A program made the translations under genes and the position numbers. The notes below the pieces were generated by a model. The model did not search any database. It worked only from the letters and a program-made list of their open reading frames with translations, and was not told where the DNA came from. A DNA stretch of 48,749 nt, the filler included, from Circinaria calcarea (lineage: Eukaryota), in the NCBI GenBank assembly GCA_051942165.1. It is 2 parts of 2 records of this genome, joined end to end, with 100 filler letters (N's around TTAATTAATTAA, not from the genome) between each part and the next. Parts side by side here need not be neighbours in the genome. Positions count along the whole stretch, not along the records: positions 1 to 24,339 come from JAVECS010000106.1; 1 more part is not named here. One strand, 5' to 3'. Each line of letters opens with the position of its first letter. Within the stretch, counting starts at the first letter, position 1. Shown here piece by piece: positions 11,839 through 24,439 of this stretch.

Positions 11839-12813
11839 GGCGGTGATGTCTAGCAAGATCAGAGTCAAGTCCTCATATAACTCTGTCACAGGTGACCCGA
11901 GTTCACAGCGAATAGGCTAGATACGGTCCTGAGAGATGCAACAGAGCGGACGTGACCGCTCAGAGCCCTCGGGCGAAGTGATAGGCTTGCAGGTTAATGG
12001 AAATATTCACGTCGAATCGATTGCACTCAAGAGACTCCTGTTCGGTTCGTAGAGGTTATGATAGCTTTGAGGATGGTACCGCCGAGGAACAATCACGCTA
12101 CAGCAGCACCAAGAGGAGGGGGGAGGAGTTGCGGAAGAAGTGAGACAAGAAGGTATGTGAGGATCGAGCGTATCTGGCTTGGGCGATTCAATAACTCCGG
12201 TAATTTATGTATTTTACACTCGGTATTAGGGTCCGGTAGTATGAGGATGGCATAGAGGGCAGGTTTAGAATTCACGGAGCGCACCACTGCGGGCACATGT
12301 AAGAAATTGAGGAAGGCCGGCAAACAGTGCAAACTTCTCGAGCAACGGAGTTACCACGTCGTCCACAGGCGCCCTCCAGTGACATGGACATCTTCCCCGA
12401 AATCGAGAAACTGCTGTCGATGAGTGTTGTTTCAATCTTCCGGCAGACAGACCTCGTTCCACCGCAATCTACAACTGAGACCTCACGACCCAGAGCATAA
12501 AGCTGCGCCACAGAGATACGGGAAGGTTATAGGATAGGGAATTTGGCCCTTGAGGAAACGATGGCCAGATTGTAAGTATCACAAAGCTTCGAGTAGTCAC
12601 TTCCATGAGGCCCACCAGACACTTTCGCAATACCAAGTATTAGCATGTGTCTTTGTTTCGTGTGAAAGGCGCTTAGCCTGCTGGTACTTATGGACGTAGC
12701 CACAGATATTACATCAATTATCGAGGAGTTGTCTCAACTCGGCCGCGAATGAGGCATAGTCCATCTTGAATTGCACTTGCTGTCCCGATCCTGCACCACA
12801 CACGCCACGGCGC

Positions 12814-14064
12814 TCACTCGACTCTTGCGCGTTTCCTCAAATTCCTTTCGTTGTCACCATTCCCAAGAAGATGGCTGTCATCGATTTCACCCATCTTTAC
12901 CTGGTCGTCTTCAATTATCTCCTTGTTCATGTGACCGAGGAATGATTCCTGCTCTTTGAGGAAGCCCTTCAAGACGCGAGTATTCAGTTTCTTGGAACGT
13001 TCCTTGGTTTCTCGCATCGTCTTCAGCTCCTTGCGTATACGCTCCTCTAGGATCTCGAGGCGATATTCGGCGAATTGGAAGTACAGTTCCGACAGGTTCG
13101 ATACCGGTCGGACAGTAGTAAGTACAGTGTCATCTCGCATGGTCGGATTCCGGGGTCGAAACGATGTCACCATGGTAATTCGTTCAGTGGTTCCCAATGC
13201 TCGGAGGGCTTGATGCTCAATGTAGCGGCCCTGAAGGATTACTGCACATCCCTACCCAAGGTTAGCGGGAGCCGAGTAGTCAGGAGGTTGCAATTCTCAC
13301 CATTTGCGGTCCACGGACTTTTAGAATATCACCATTGCCTTTCTTCAGGGCTGTCTCGCCACCAACCATATCGGTGCAGTCGCTAAGCATGAGTACGCAA
13401 ACAAAAGGATAGCTGTCGGTGTGCCAATCTACTATCGGCTTGTCATCCTCCCAGGGACACCCCGCGATCCCCTCGTCGGCTTCTCCCATCTTCTTGTCTG
13501 CAGCAGCCAAGAGCTCCTCGGCTTTCTGCTGCTCCGACTTGACAGACATGTTGACGTGACCGATCTCAAAGTCCATTTCTATCGTGAGGTCAATGCCTGC
13601 AATTCGGGAGATGATAGCCAGCGTTTCCGGGTGTTTCCAAGCGTCATAGACAAACGGTGCGTATCTAAATGCGGATCAACTCAATGGTCTGTTACTTGCC
13701 GGGACTAGCTTCGAGGCACTTACTTGGGAGCAAAGCCTCTCAACTGGCACTGAGAAAGGTTGCTTGAATACTGGCAGTTGTTCCATACTTCCTCACTTAG
13801 GATTTCTCTACGCATCTGATGAACGGCCTCTGGAGCGAACAAGGGGAATGGCTCGGAAACAGCAAAGCTCGATACTCCGGTATCTTCTGGAAGGTCGAGG
13901 TCTTGCATGGTGTACGTTTTCGATGGCGGTTCGAACTTGAGATGCAACTTTGGATCAAAAGCACCGCAAGCTGGTGCCTCGGAAGTGGATAGTCCGTTTT
14001 GAATCAAGGGCTGTACTGCCGGCCGCATTGCCTTAGGCTGCAACATGACATCTGCAGCGCCCAT
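12814..14064 (-). CDS. Fungal 2OG-Fe(II) dioxygenase-domain protein
   Basis: HxD...H...R-x-x-x-x-x-S motifs: VDWHTDSYPFVCVLMLSD, YIEHQALRA, RITMVTSFR. Introns at 13665-13723 and about 13252-13299. Confidence 0.85.
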
Positions 14065-15695
14065 GATAAATGTGTTGGGATAATTTAGGTTGAATGGATG
14101 TTTGATTATGCCTGGGAGTCGGCAACCTATAAGTAGTCGCTTGGTATTAGCCAAGTACGGAGGAAACAACACTCGGGAAGCGATCACCTGGGGAAAGAAC
14201 GATCACTGGGAAGGAGCGATTACCTCAAAAGCTCGTACGATGGAATTTTTCACACACGGACGGCAACTGGAGACGCTCCTGCTCACTTCGGTTATAATTG
14301 CAGCATAAGGCAGGATTGGAAATTCGGAAGGGCACGGCCGGATTTTTATATCTGTCTTCACTCACAAGTGCGAGTCCAGGGAGATATCAATCTACGATGG
14401 TCTCACGTATTATGATTTCAACTGATGAAGGACCGTTGCTCCAAGCTCTTCCGTTAGGTACCTAGGCATGCACTCTGACCACATGGCACCTTCGCAATGT
14501 TTCCCTCTCTCATGTCAACCCTCGTGGATCCAACCAGCGGTTAAGGAGTCTCCTAGGCAAGCCTCAACAGCCACTACAGCGAAGGTGCGAAGCGGGTAGT
14601 CGAGGGTGGATAGACGTTATCTTGCCACCTGTCAAACTCAGATCGACACGATACCTATCCTACCGCTCTCCTCATGCACAGAGACGTGTAGCAGCGATGA
14701 TGAAGGACTCCCCGCCAGGAACACTGACCCAGCGACTCGTGAGAAGAATGGGGAAGACTCGTGGAGATAAGGGCTTTGGGATCTTTTGACTCGTTCCGGC
14801 CTGGTCTGAAAACTTGCATGGTCTCTTCCTTCTGAAAAAGTATATCGCGATTGCTGCTGTGCCCTTTGTGACGGAGTTTAGAGATGGGCAGACCTTGAAG
14901 GTAGGTCGTCCAGATCACGGCACTTTCCCCCCCTCGGCTTGATAGATTGCGTCTCATATGGCCCAAGAAGGGTACGAAACGGGGGTTGTGCCCAGGTGAT
15001 CAGATGCCTGTCCGTCGTGCATCTTGCCCTAGGGTTGAAGCGGAAGCGAGAGCGGGACCGACTGCAAGAACGACAGTTGAAGTGCCGGTGCATGGGCGTC
15101 TGGGGATCATGGGCATTAAGCACCTACATGCATTGGCTCTAATGCGGGGAGAAAGACGTTGAGGTCCCTGATAGCTCAAATCCCCCGCCATACTGTATGC
15201 GCCAGAGCTGGCTTGTGATTCTTCGTACGAGATCGATTGACCTTGTCGCCCTGGCTGTTCCCCCGGGTACGGGATGGAAGGCGGACAATTGTTATGGCTG
15301 GTCTTCAAGGCAGGTAGGAGCCTATGTGATGCAAGTCGTGACCAGGCTTGGTTGAGTCTGCTTGGAGCAGCAGTCCTTCGGATCATCCACCGAACTAGCG
15401 GGCCTTTTTGGATGTTTATTTGCCAAAGTTTAAAGGTAATTAGCGGAATTATATAAATGAGCGAGAAGAAGCCCCAGCTACACGGCAATTTCCCCGCACG
15501 CAGACTAAGTTTGCATACGGCCTGGCATGATACGAGCGCATGTGTCATGCGAGGATCGATTGGAATATGACGAGGTCTGTTAGCCGGTAAGGCTTATCTC
15601 CCTAGCGCCGTGCGGGAATGCCGTGCAACGATGAACCCGGACCTTTGGAAATCGTGTCTATTTAAATGCCGTCTCCCAACTAACCTCCTTTCAAC

Positions 15696-16189
15696 ATGGC
15701 CGACGACAGTCGGGAAGGAACACCGTGGGAAAACTCAAAGGCCACTTTCACATCGTAAGAGAGCCTCGCATAGGTAGCGCGGTCCTGAGGCGGAAGATGA
15801 GCTAACCATCTGATATAGGAAAAGAAACAGTGAATACTTTGATCCATGTCAAGAAGCGGCCGCGCGGAGCATGAAGTGTCTGCGGCGAAATGGAGGGGAT
15901 AGGGACCTATGCACGGATTACTTTCAGTGAGTGTTTACCCTTCGAAATCCAGTACCTGCCAACAACCTCCCGGATTGTTGTATGTGCCATCGCCAGACAA
16001 GCCTATTCCTAAAATCACGACTGATCTAATTCCTGCTCTAGGGCCTACCGAGACTGCAAGAAGCAATGGGTGGGTTGAATACGCCGGGGCAAATAGAATA
16101 GCATCTTTCCTAGCATGACCGGCTCACACTCACAGATGACCGAACGCAAAGAGGAGAAACGGAAAGCGGGAAAGTCAATTTTCTCATGA
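15696..16189 (+). CDS. COX23: Cytochrome c oxidase assembly factor Cox23 (twin CX9C)
   Basis: Four exons give ...[42 protein letters not shown].... Introns 15755-15818, 15927-16041 and about 16070-16135. Missed by the ORF track. Confidence 0.9.
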
Positions 16190-16843
16190 GCAGAATCGCG
16201 TCAAGTCAGTGGAGCCACAAGGATAGTTAGGTCGGCCACAAGGGACTGTTCGAGGGTGGAAAGACAGAAAACTCGAGCAGCAGGTTATCCGAAGAGGGGG
16301 CCCCCGGGTCCTTTTTGTCAAAGACTAGCAGATCAGAAGCCCAGAGCAGTCTACAGCGTTTCTGGGTGTATATGAGCCTGCGTCTGGCGAAGGCGTGGAC
16401 ATTGCCACGCGGGATACGGAGTAGCACGAGAGATTTGGGTACCTATGCCCTCGACAAGAGATTTTGTGTGATCAATTCAGGATGATAGCTATCATAGTGG
16501 TTACACGGTTACGAATGGAACCAATTCCTGAGGGTAATCTGCCAAATGATTGTTGACATTGAAAATGCACCTTCCCATTCCCCAAGCTAGAATCTTGCCA
16601 TCGGTTCGCTCAATTCCGAGCCGGATGGATATAGATCTTAACTAGTTGTAGTGGTTTTAACAAAGGGAAACCCTAAGGTCGTTGCTGCCAGTATGGCTGA
16701 CTGTTACAGCTCCCTTACAAGAAACGAAGCCACACAATCCAGAATTTACAGCAGCTCACCACGCCTGAAGTGTTTTGCAATTTCATAGCTATGCTTCTTC
16801 TGCAGTGTCCATACCTTCGTAGAGTTCCCGGCTCCTGTCCAAC

Positions 16844-19800
16844 ATGGAATCAATATTAATAGCAACGGTTAACGGGCGGCAAGATAAGAATGACGTTTTG
16901 CTGAAAGAGCTTGTCGATGCAAAAAATTGGAGACAAGCCTTGGCCAATTGCGAGAAGAGGTTCAGAAAGGGTGATAGGAGTGATGGCTTTCTTGTGAGCT
17001 CTGTTCTATAAGGAATTGCCCAACGTCAATACTAATGGCATGAACTCTTAGGTGAACAAAGCCCACGTTTTGCTCAGCTATCCCGACAAGTCGCGTCAAG
17101 AGCAAGGTACCGCAGAACTCAACGCCATTCTCGGACGTGATCCGCCCATAATAGATATTCGAATACTCCTTGCTATTGATGAAGCTGCCGAGGCCAGGCA
17201 CGCCCAGGATGACCGGATTGCGTCCATGTGGGATAGAGCAGCGAGCGCCGCTCCGGCAAACGAGGACTTGTATATGATGTGGTTCAAGCAAAAATTCGAA
17301 AGACGAGACTACAAGGCCGCGCAAAAAGTACGTCACTTTATAAGTCCGCAAGTGCAGCAGGAGGCTAAGGGCAGGATTCGAGTAATCAGGCAGCGATGAT
17401 GTATCAGAAGAATTTCCCAAAGGAACGACATCCTTTTTTCCTCGCTATCGTGAGCAGCCATCTTGCTGGAATTTCGCTGAAAGCCTCAGAGACTGATCGG
17501 AAGCTCTTCACTCCTTTGGCGTATAGGCTGCTTTCTAAATCGGCCACGGACGCGGTGGACTGCCAGAGAAGTCCAGAGAAAGATGCGTCCAAGTACGTTC
17601 GGGCTCTTCAGTGTACAGGTGACGTTCGACTACTTGTGGCAATTTACAGGTCACAAGGCAGGTACAGGGAAGCAATTGCAGCACTCGATGATCCACACAT
17701 TGGTCTAGGTTCTCGAATATGTGGGAGATCATGGGACCTTGTGCGGGAGAAAATCGAGCTTTATACGCTATGTGAATTATGGGAGGATCTGTGGGCTTTC
17801 TGTCGGGACATCCTTGTGGATGCTCGAGCAGATAGCCTACACGATGCCGAGTATTCCCCTCGTTTTGGCTACGGTGTTTTCGGGGACGACTGGAAGGCAT
17901 GGTCAGGGCTCATGAAAGCATCCACCTCGATAGCTACAACCGAGTTCGTACTCTGCCCCCCTTAACCCATCAGAGACGGAAACTTATATCAACAGTAACA
18001 TCAAGTCTACGGTAGATCTCTGTAAAAGCTATTGTGCACAGACGACGCCTTCGAGAAACGGTCATCTCGCTTTGATGGCATACCGTTCCCTTTGTCGTGT
18101 GCCCAATGACGATATTAATGATGATTTCAGGATCTCCTGTCGAGACTACTTTCAGCAATACTGCTCAAAGCCGGTTTGCTTCGATGATATGTACCTACAT
18201 GTCCATAATTTACCGTTGTCTCAACAGGCTGCTCTTCTATCGGAGATATCTGAGCATACTTTAAAACTCGAACAACCGGAACAGGAAGATGAAGTAAGTC
18301 TTCAGCTACGCTCGGCCCTCAGGCACATGGGCTAACGATAGTGGAGATGTCTCGAACCCGGTGGATCACAGCGGAGATCAATGCGCTGAAACTGGACTAT
18401 TCTCTCGTGGTTTCGCGCCAAGACAATCTGGAGGATACACTATTACTTCAGGCGTTCATCAGTAACTGTCTTCGGCTGTACAGAATGTCATTAACAGTTG
18501 GTTCCAGCTTACCTGTCAGTGAAAGACGCCCGGGAGATGAAGCGGCGATCTTAGCTGCCATTGGCTGTATTCACCTGCTCGACAATGGCTATACCGAGTC
18601 CATTTTACGTTGTGTAGCGATATTGGAATTACTGTTATCGCATTCGAAGCATAACTACACTGCTTTGTTGATGATTGTCCGCGTCTACTTATACTTAGGG
18701 GCCGGTTCGAAGGCTGCGGAGCACTACGCAAGACTCGACGTCAAACACATCCAGAATCAAACGATTTCCTGGGTTATATTCACGCGAATTTCCACCATTC
18801 ATCCGCACTTTTCAGTTCGTAAAGCCAGGTCAGGTCAAACGCTGTGGGACCCGGCTACCAGCCCCAGTAATGCCTTGAAGTGGATGAATAAGAGCCAGGT
18901 GCAGATGAAATATGGGATATCCAAGTTTCTCGACAATGAGTCGTTTGTCAACCTTCTTGACTATATTCCGTACATGGAAAAATCAGAAGCATCGCTGTCC
19001 AAGTACAGTCTCATATGCGAGTCACTACGTATCAGCCGTTTTACTGACAAAATGGAGGATATCAACTACGAAGGCAGCTTGGGTACGGCGTCACTCAATG
19101 ATACAGCTGTGTGGTCAATGCTGATCCACAAGTTTGGCAGGTCAGGTTAACCCCGAAGTCTATGATGTTCGAGACACAGCGGCGTTCCCGAATTATGAGG
19201 CGTATGGACAGACTCGATTTGAAGAGATGATATGTCCTGGACCTACGCCTGGTGTACGTCGTCTCATCAACGGTGTTATGCCGGCACCGTCGCTAACCTC
19301 AAGACTAGAAAGGTTGGCTCGCAGCACAGTTACGGATTTTGAGGCTTGTAGCTCTGCTAGGCAGGCAAACACTCAACCCAGATTTTGTATCAGATAGGAT
19401 CTTGAATACACTTGAGAAAGGAACTATCGATGACATGACAATGCAGGAGCACGATGCGAACCATGTTGTGCTTGGGTTGAACTTACTTGTTTGTTTTATG
19501 GTGAACAATGGCCCGACAATGGCTCGTGATTTCATACGAACGATGTTAATTGTCGAAGGCTGCATGAGTCGGAACCTTGAGGTCGCGGCGCAGCCTTTTG
19601 CCAAGGGTTCTACTATTCACCTGTTTCCATTGACTTTGGCATTGGAGGTACCGGATTGGCAGTTCTTCCATACGGTATTCGTGCTACTCGATATATGTCG
19701 ACTCATGTCATGGGCAATGGAGAAGGTAGCACAGGAGAACCGGATAGCAAGAAAGGTCGAACAGAAGTGGATCGATACTAAGGCGGCATGGTGTCGGACC

Positions 19801-20040
19801 AGAACCAGGGAAGTCTATTCGCACGTACACCGTACCGCTTCGAAGTTACAGGCGCAAATAGATCAGTCAAAGACGGTAAAAGAGGTAACTGATGTTTGCT
19901 TTTCTCGGTCTCAGGATGACGAGATTGGAGAAGAGCTTCAGAAATTGATCGACAGATCAAGGATGGAGATGTGGAGTAAGGAGCTGATTGCAAGCTGGAA
20001 AGATGCGTTAGATGGAGTCATCCGAACGACGTTTTCGTAG
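16844..20040 (+). CDS. MDM20: NatB N-terminal acetyltransferase auxiliary subunit (Mdm20/Naa25)
   Basis: Multi-exon helical-repeat protein with ...NWRQALANCEKRFRKG..., AQKAAMMYQKNFPKER, CSKPVCFDD and LELLLSHSKHNY...LLMIVRVYLYLGAGS...LDVKHIQ, all typical of Mdm20. Confidence 0.85.
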
Positions 20041-20323
20041 AGAAATAAAGTTACGCATCGACGGTATTTTGGTTGCTGCAATAGGTGGAGCCAGAATTGT
20101 GTTACAGGGGGTGATTGCATCAGGGAGGATCTTTCACTTATTCCTGGTCATTCTATTGTGGGTCTTATCTGCTGTCCGGACTGGCGCCTGTAGATAGGGC
20201 ATCTGTTTTGAGAAGATCTGGCATATCCAGCCGAGTCGTTCTTGCTACCCACCTGTTTACTGCGAATTCACTAGTACTCGAGTCTGTTTTACCCGCGTTC
20301 TAGTCAGCTTAGGCAATCGTATA

Positions 20324-21033
20324 CTATCGGAGCTGTCGCATACTGTTTTGTTCTTCGATGATCCTCCTCCTTGCCACTTTGGCTATGATCTCCCTCCGTT
20401 CATCCCGCAACGCAACGAAAATCTACAGCCACACATCAGTCCTCAAGCCCTCAAGCCCATAGCTCTAGCTTAGTCCTTCTTCCGACGACGTACCCAAAAC
20501 CAAGTTATAGTCTGCAAGAAAGCCCACGTAAAAACAGTTCCATTGCTTAAATTCTCTCCAAGCCCTCCTACCTCGATCGGGCTTGGCTTGTTAGACGTTG
20601 CTCTCACGTCGCCAAGAACACTCGGTTTTGAAAGGAACGAGTATGTGGTAAGGGTAGAAAAGAATAAGAAGCGAATTGGCGATTGGGAATTCCAGTAATG
20701 TGAGGATATCTCTTCATGGAGGGAGGCAGCTGTAAGGTCTGTGAGGCCGAGGAGCGCGAGAATTGCCGCGAGAAAGGAGGATGCAGCTGAAGGGCTGCGG
20801 AGAGAAAGTGGCTGCGGCTGTAAACATTGTTAGTCGGAGACCGTTGGTATCAAACGGAGGAGAAGCGGGCTGGATAGAGCGAAAAAGACGCTTACGAGCC
20901 CCATGGATTCACCCAGGATGAAGACCAGATTATGATCGGATATTGTATCTGGAGATGTGAGGAAGTAGTAAGCAAGGAGGAGGTTGGCGACAGCAAGGGA
21001 TCGAATGATTACGGCGGCAGACATGAAAGCCAT
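20324..21033 (-). CDS. ILM1: Increased loss of mitochondrial DNA protein Ilm1 (membrane protein)
   Basis: MAFMSAAVIIRSLAV...YYFLTSP...NLVFILGESMGL, later YWNSQSPIR, LSNGTVFTWAF and FVALRDERR. Two introns. Confidence 0.85.
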
Positions 21034-21370
21034 GTTGCGAAGCGTTGACCGACTTTCACTTTCACTCGCACTCGCAGCTGTTGCAAACTCCGAGGTGAAG
21101 GGGGTCCTATGGTACGCTACGGAGGTATCTCCTTTTAGCCGTTGATCGGCAACGTTTTGGTTTGCCTCCCGTGCGCTCCCGCAAAGCTTATTTGTGAGAA
21201 TGCTTGGCCCCGAGTCCCTGGTGGGGGGCTGCTTTCGTGCTCATCCGCATTGCTGACCGTCCAAGGCATAGTTACAGTTTCGGTGAGATCGGGAACAATA
21301 CCAATAAGCTGGGTGGGGCAAGGTCGTTTACACCACAGTCGTCGACTTGCACCATGCCCCTTGTGGCAGC

Positions 21371-22942
21371 ATGTCCTACAATGCGTTCTCCCATAAACCC
21401 AGCTTTGCAAAGGAGCGGCACACCAAGTACTGGCTTCGCTGCTTGAAGACATACCTCCCAACCGGCTATACCAGTAACGATTCGAATCGTATGACGCTTG
21501 CCTTTTTTATCGTTTCCGCTCTCGATCTTCTCGGTCTTCTCCATGATCACACAACCGCAGTTGAGCGGGATGAGTGGGTGAGCTGGATATATCACTGCCA
21601 ACATCCGAACGGTGGTTTTCGAGGATTCACCGGGACCATTTCGAGGGAAAAGGGCGATGGCAGATGGGATCCCGCGAATTTGGCAGCTACCTTCTTCGCG
21701 CTTGCGGCGTTAGCGGTCCTTGGGGACGACTTGAGAAAGGTGAAGAGAAGGGAGTGCTTGACATGGTTGGCCCTTCTACAAAGCCCAGATGGAAGCTTTG
21801 GAGAGGTACTAGGCGGGAACGGGGAGATCGAAGGGACTGGGGATGTCAGGTTCTGCTACTTAGCGGCTGTGGTGAGATCTCTATTGAAGGAAAAGGAGGG
21901 GACGAGCAAGGGTGAGGGGATCAGAGATATCGATGTTGATAGGCTTGCGAAATTCGTCATGGCCTCTAGGGTATAACGATCAATCAGTAAGGTCGAATCT
22001 GGCGGATTGAAGGCTGACGAAATCAGACATATGACGGCGGAATTGCAAAAGCCCCCTATCACGAAGCGCAAGGTACGCACCTCGTCGCTTATACTCCCGG
22101 GTAATATTCCGATGCTCATCTGGAAATGCAGCTGGATTCACATATTGTGGTATAGCGACACTATCCCTGCTTGGGAAGTTATCAACCGAAGGCAGAAGTA
22201 CCCGAAACGACGAGGCTATGGTGAACCAAGAATCTATCCGTGGGACTCTACATTGGCTCGTGAATCGCCAGACTTCTCACTTACACGATGAAGAGGAAGA
22301 GGATGAATACCCCGTCACAGAGCCTGTTATGCCCTCATTCGCCGCCCACGAGCAACTACCCCTGATCCCGATTCATGAGCAACCCCCTCCTCTCATCCAC
22401 GCGCTGGATGCTCCTCGAGAACCAATACCTCCAATCGAAACTCTTTCTTCTCGCGGGGAATCCCCGCACATCTTACAACAAGACCTCCAATGGGCAGGTT
22501 TGAACGGCCGTACTAACAAAATAGCAGATACATGCTACTCCTTCTGGGCAGGAGGTACACTCGATGTAAGCTTTGATTCTGCCCCTCTTCGCCCCTTCCG
22601 CATGCTCATCGCTTCCCTCGACACAGATCCTCCAGAAAGTCCATCTCCTGGATTTCGATGCCAATCGCCGCTACCTACTCGACAGGACGCAACACATCGT
22701 CGGTGGGTTCGGAAAGCTGCCTGGTGATCCTCCCGGTAAGGCTCTGCTCTCTGATCGCCGTAGAAACAGAGGCGCGTCGATGACTGATACACATCTCAAT
22801 CGCCCTAGACATCCTCCACTCATACCTCGGTCTGGCGGCGTTAGCGATCATGGAGGAACCCGGCTTGAAGAGGCTGGATGCCACCCTCTGCATGAGCGTG
22901 AGTGCGATGGAACACCTCAAGGGTCCCCGATTGGCGGAATAG
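21371..22942 (+). CDS. CDC43: Geranylgeranyltransferase type I beta subunit
   Basis: YTSNDSNRMTLAFFIVSALDLL, DPANLAATFFAL, DVRFCYLA, NGRTNKIADTCYSFW and DILHSYLGLAAL, with the Zn ligands D, C and H intact. Four introns. Confidence 0.92.
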
Positions 22943-23401
22943 TAGTAGGATGGCGCTAGAGGAAGAAAGGAGTGTCAATGTTGCGGACGACATGAGAGGA
23001 AATTATGGCTGTATGGCGATGAGCGACGGTTGATCTGAGGATGTTTGGCCAGATTCAGGCCTTGCACTCGAGCGCTTGATTCGTGGGAGGAGGGGAGAAG
23101 AAGGGTGGTTTTCTTCACACACAGGGGCTTAGATTTAACGATACCTTTACTCGTCATCCATGTTTTACATGTCTTCCCGGCCTTTAGCTCTTCCCTCTCG
23201 CCAGGAAGGATCACCGAACCGTTCAAATGCCTGGGTATACACAAACGGTCCAGATGCCCCCCAAAAAAAACAACAAAAAAACAGACACGCAATAAAGAAG
23301 GCTCCGACGCTGATGCTTCTTCCAAACCCACTAATGTCAACCAGGATTGATGAATTAGATAGAAGAAAGACCCAAACACAACTAAGCCCGGTTGGAAAAA
23401 A

Positions 23402-24339
23402 TCAACCGGAAAACGTCTTCGCCCCCAATTTCTCACTGTCCGGTTCAGAGTCTGTCACCTGAACCCTCTTCACCGTCGGCTTTGTCCCTCCATTCTCCTT
23501 GACCACTGTGTGTCTTGCCGGCGCAATGTCCATTGGTGCGTCTGGGATGATGTGGCCTTTCGAATCCCTCGGTTTGCGGTGCCAGCCTGTCTTGAGGCCT
23601 CGTTGGAGTTCGAAACGTGGGAAAATGTGCGCTTCGGTATTGATGACGATCTGGTCTAATGGCAGGAGGTCGGTTGGTGAGAAGAGGAGGTAGAAGTATT
23701 TTAGTGTTTCGGCCTTGGTGCCGGTGGCATTAGTCTCGCTTTCAAGGTTCGGTAGAGTAGGATACAGAGAGGTTATAGAAGCTTTGCTCACCAGCCAGAA
23801 ACTTTCCATATCATCCTTAATAACCGGAGGAATTTGATTTGCTTTCGACAAACTCGTGAAACCCGATCCGTCTACTGCGGCAGTGTACTTCACAAAGGAT
23901 TTGAACATTTCCCAGCCCCATTCCCGATACATCGTTTCTCCTGTAATCCTCCACATGTAAAACAAAGTCTCTACTGTTTCTGGACGTTGTAAATTATGTG
24001 AATCTTGGGACTTTATCATGTAGTCGGCTTTCCAGCTGGCATTGGCTGTACTCTCGAATGAAATATCTGCTGACGATAACCGGCCGTCAACCTCAAAACG
24101 TGGTGGATCACTGATGTTGAAGTGGGTTATTTCGGGGGCCAACCCCGTAGCGCTGGCTTTATACATACCCCAGCAGGTTTTCGTCAGTTCGCGCGCGAGC
24201 TCTATATCGTCGTCCTGCTTCTGACTCCAGCTTTTCGACTTCTTAGCTTCGGTGACAGTGAGTCCACCCGTGGCTCCGAGGGCTATCGTCCCAGGCATGA
24301 AACAGAGAAGATGATCCATCTTTGGGAACAGTTTCTTGG
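23402..24339 (-). CDS. MNS1: Class I alpha-1,2-mannosidase (GH47), 3' part only; the 5' part is lost in the gap
   Basis: MDHLLCFMPG, TGLAPEI, LQRPETVETLFY, DDMESFWL|AETLKYFYLLF and NTEAH. The ORF track reads through a 78-nt in-frame intron at 23714-23791. Confidence 0.9.
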
Positions 24340-24439
24340 NNNNNNNNNNNNNNNNNNNNNNNNNNNNNNNNNNNNNNNNNNNNTTAATTAATTAANNNNN
24401 NNNNNNNNNNNNNNNNNNNNNNNNNNNNNNNNNNNNNNN
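24340..24439. other. Artificial scaffold/contig linker
   Basis: 44 N + TTAATTAATTAA (24384-24395, stops in all six frames) + 44 N, exactly 100 nt. Confidence 0.95.

Noticed and set aside
14315..14335. GGAAATTCGG resembles RNase P CR-I
   Set aside because: No matching CR-V/P4 partner found downstream.
14655..15548. Several 60-180 aa ORFs between the dioxygenase and COX23
   Set aside because: Overlapping on both strands, with no domain or exon structure. Probably promoter DNA.
15927..16041. Long COX23 intron with an internal GTATGT (possible stwintron)
   Set aside because: I could not build a consistent nested donor, branch and acceptor set.
16482..16495. 14-bp perfect palindrome ATGATAGCTATCAT
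   Set aside because: About three palindromes of this length are expected by chance in 49 kb.
24302..24312. ACAGAGAAGAT resembles the U6 snRNA core
   Set aside because: It is the antisense of the MNS1 codons for HLLC, and the flanks do not match U6.
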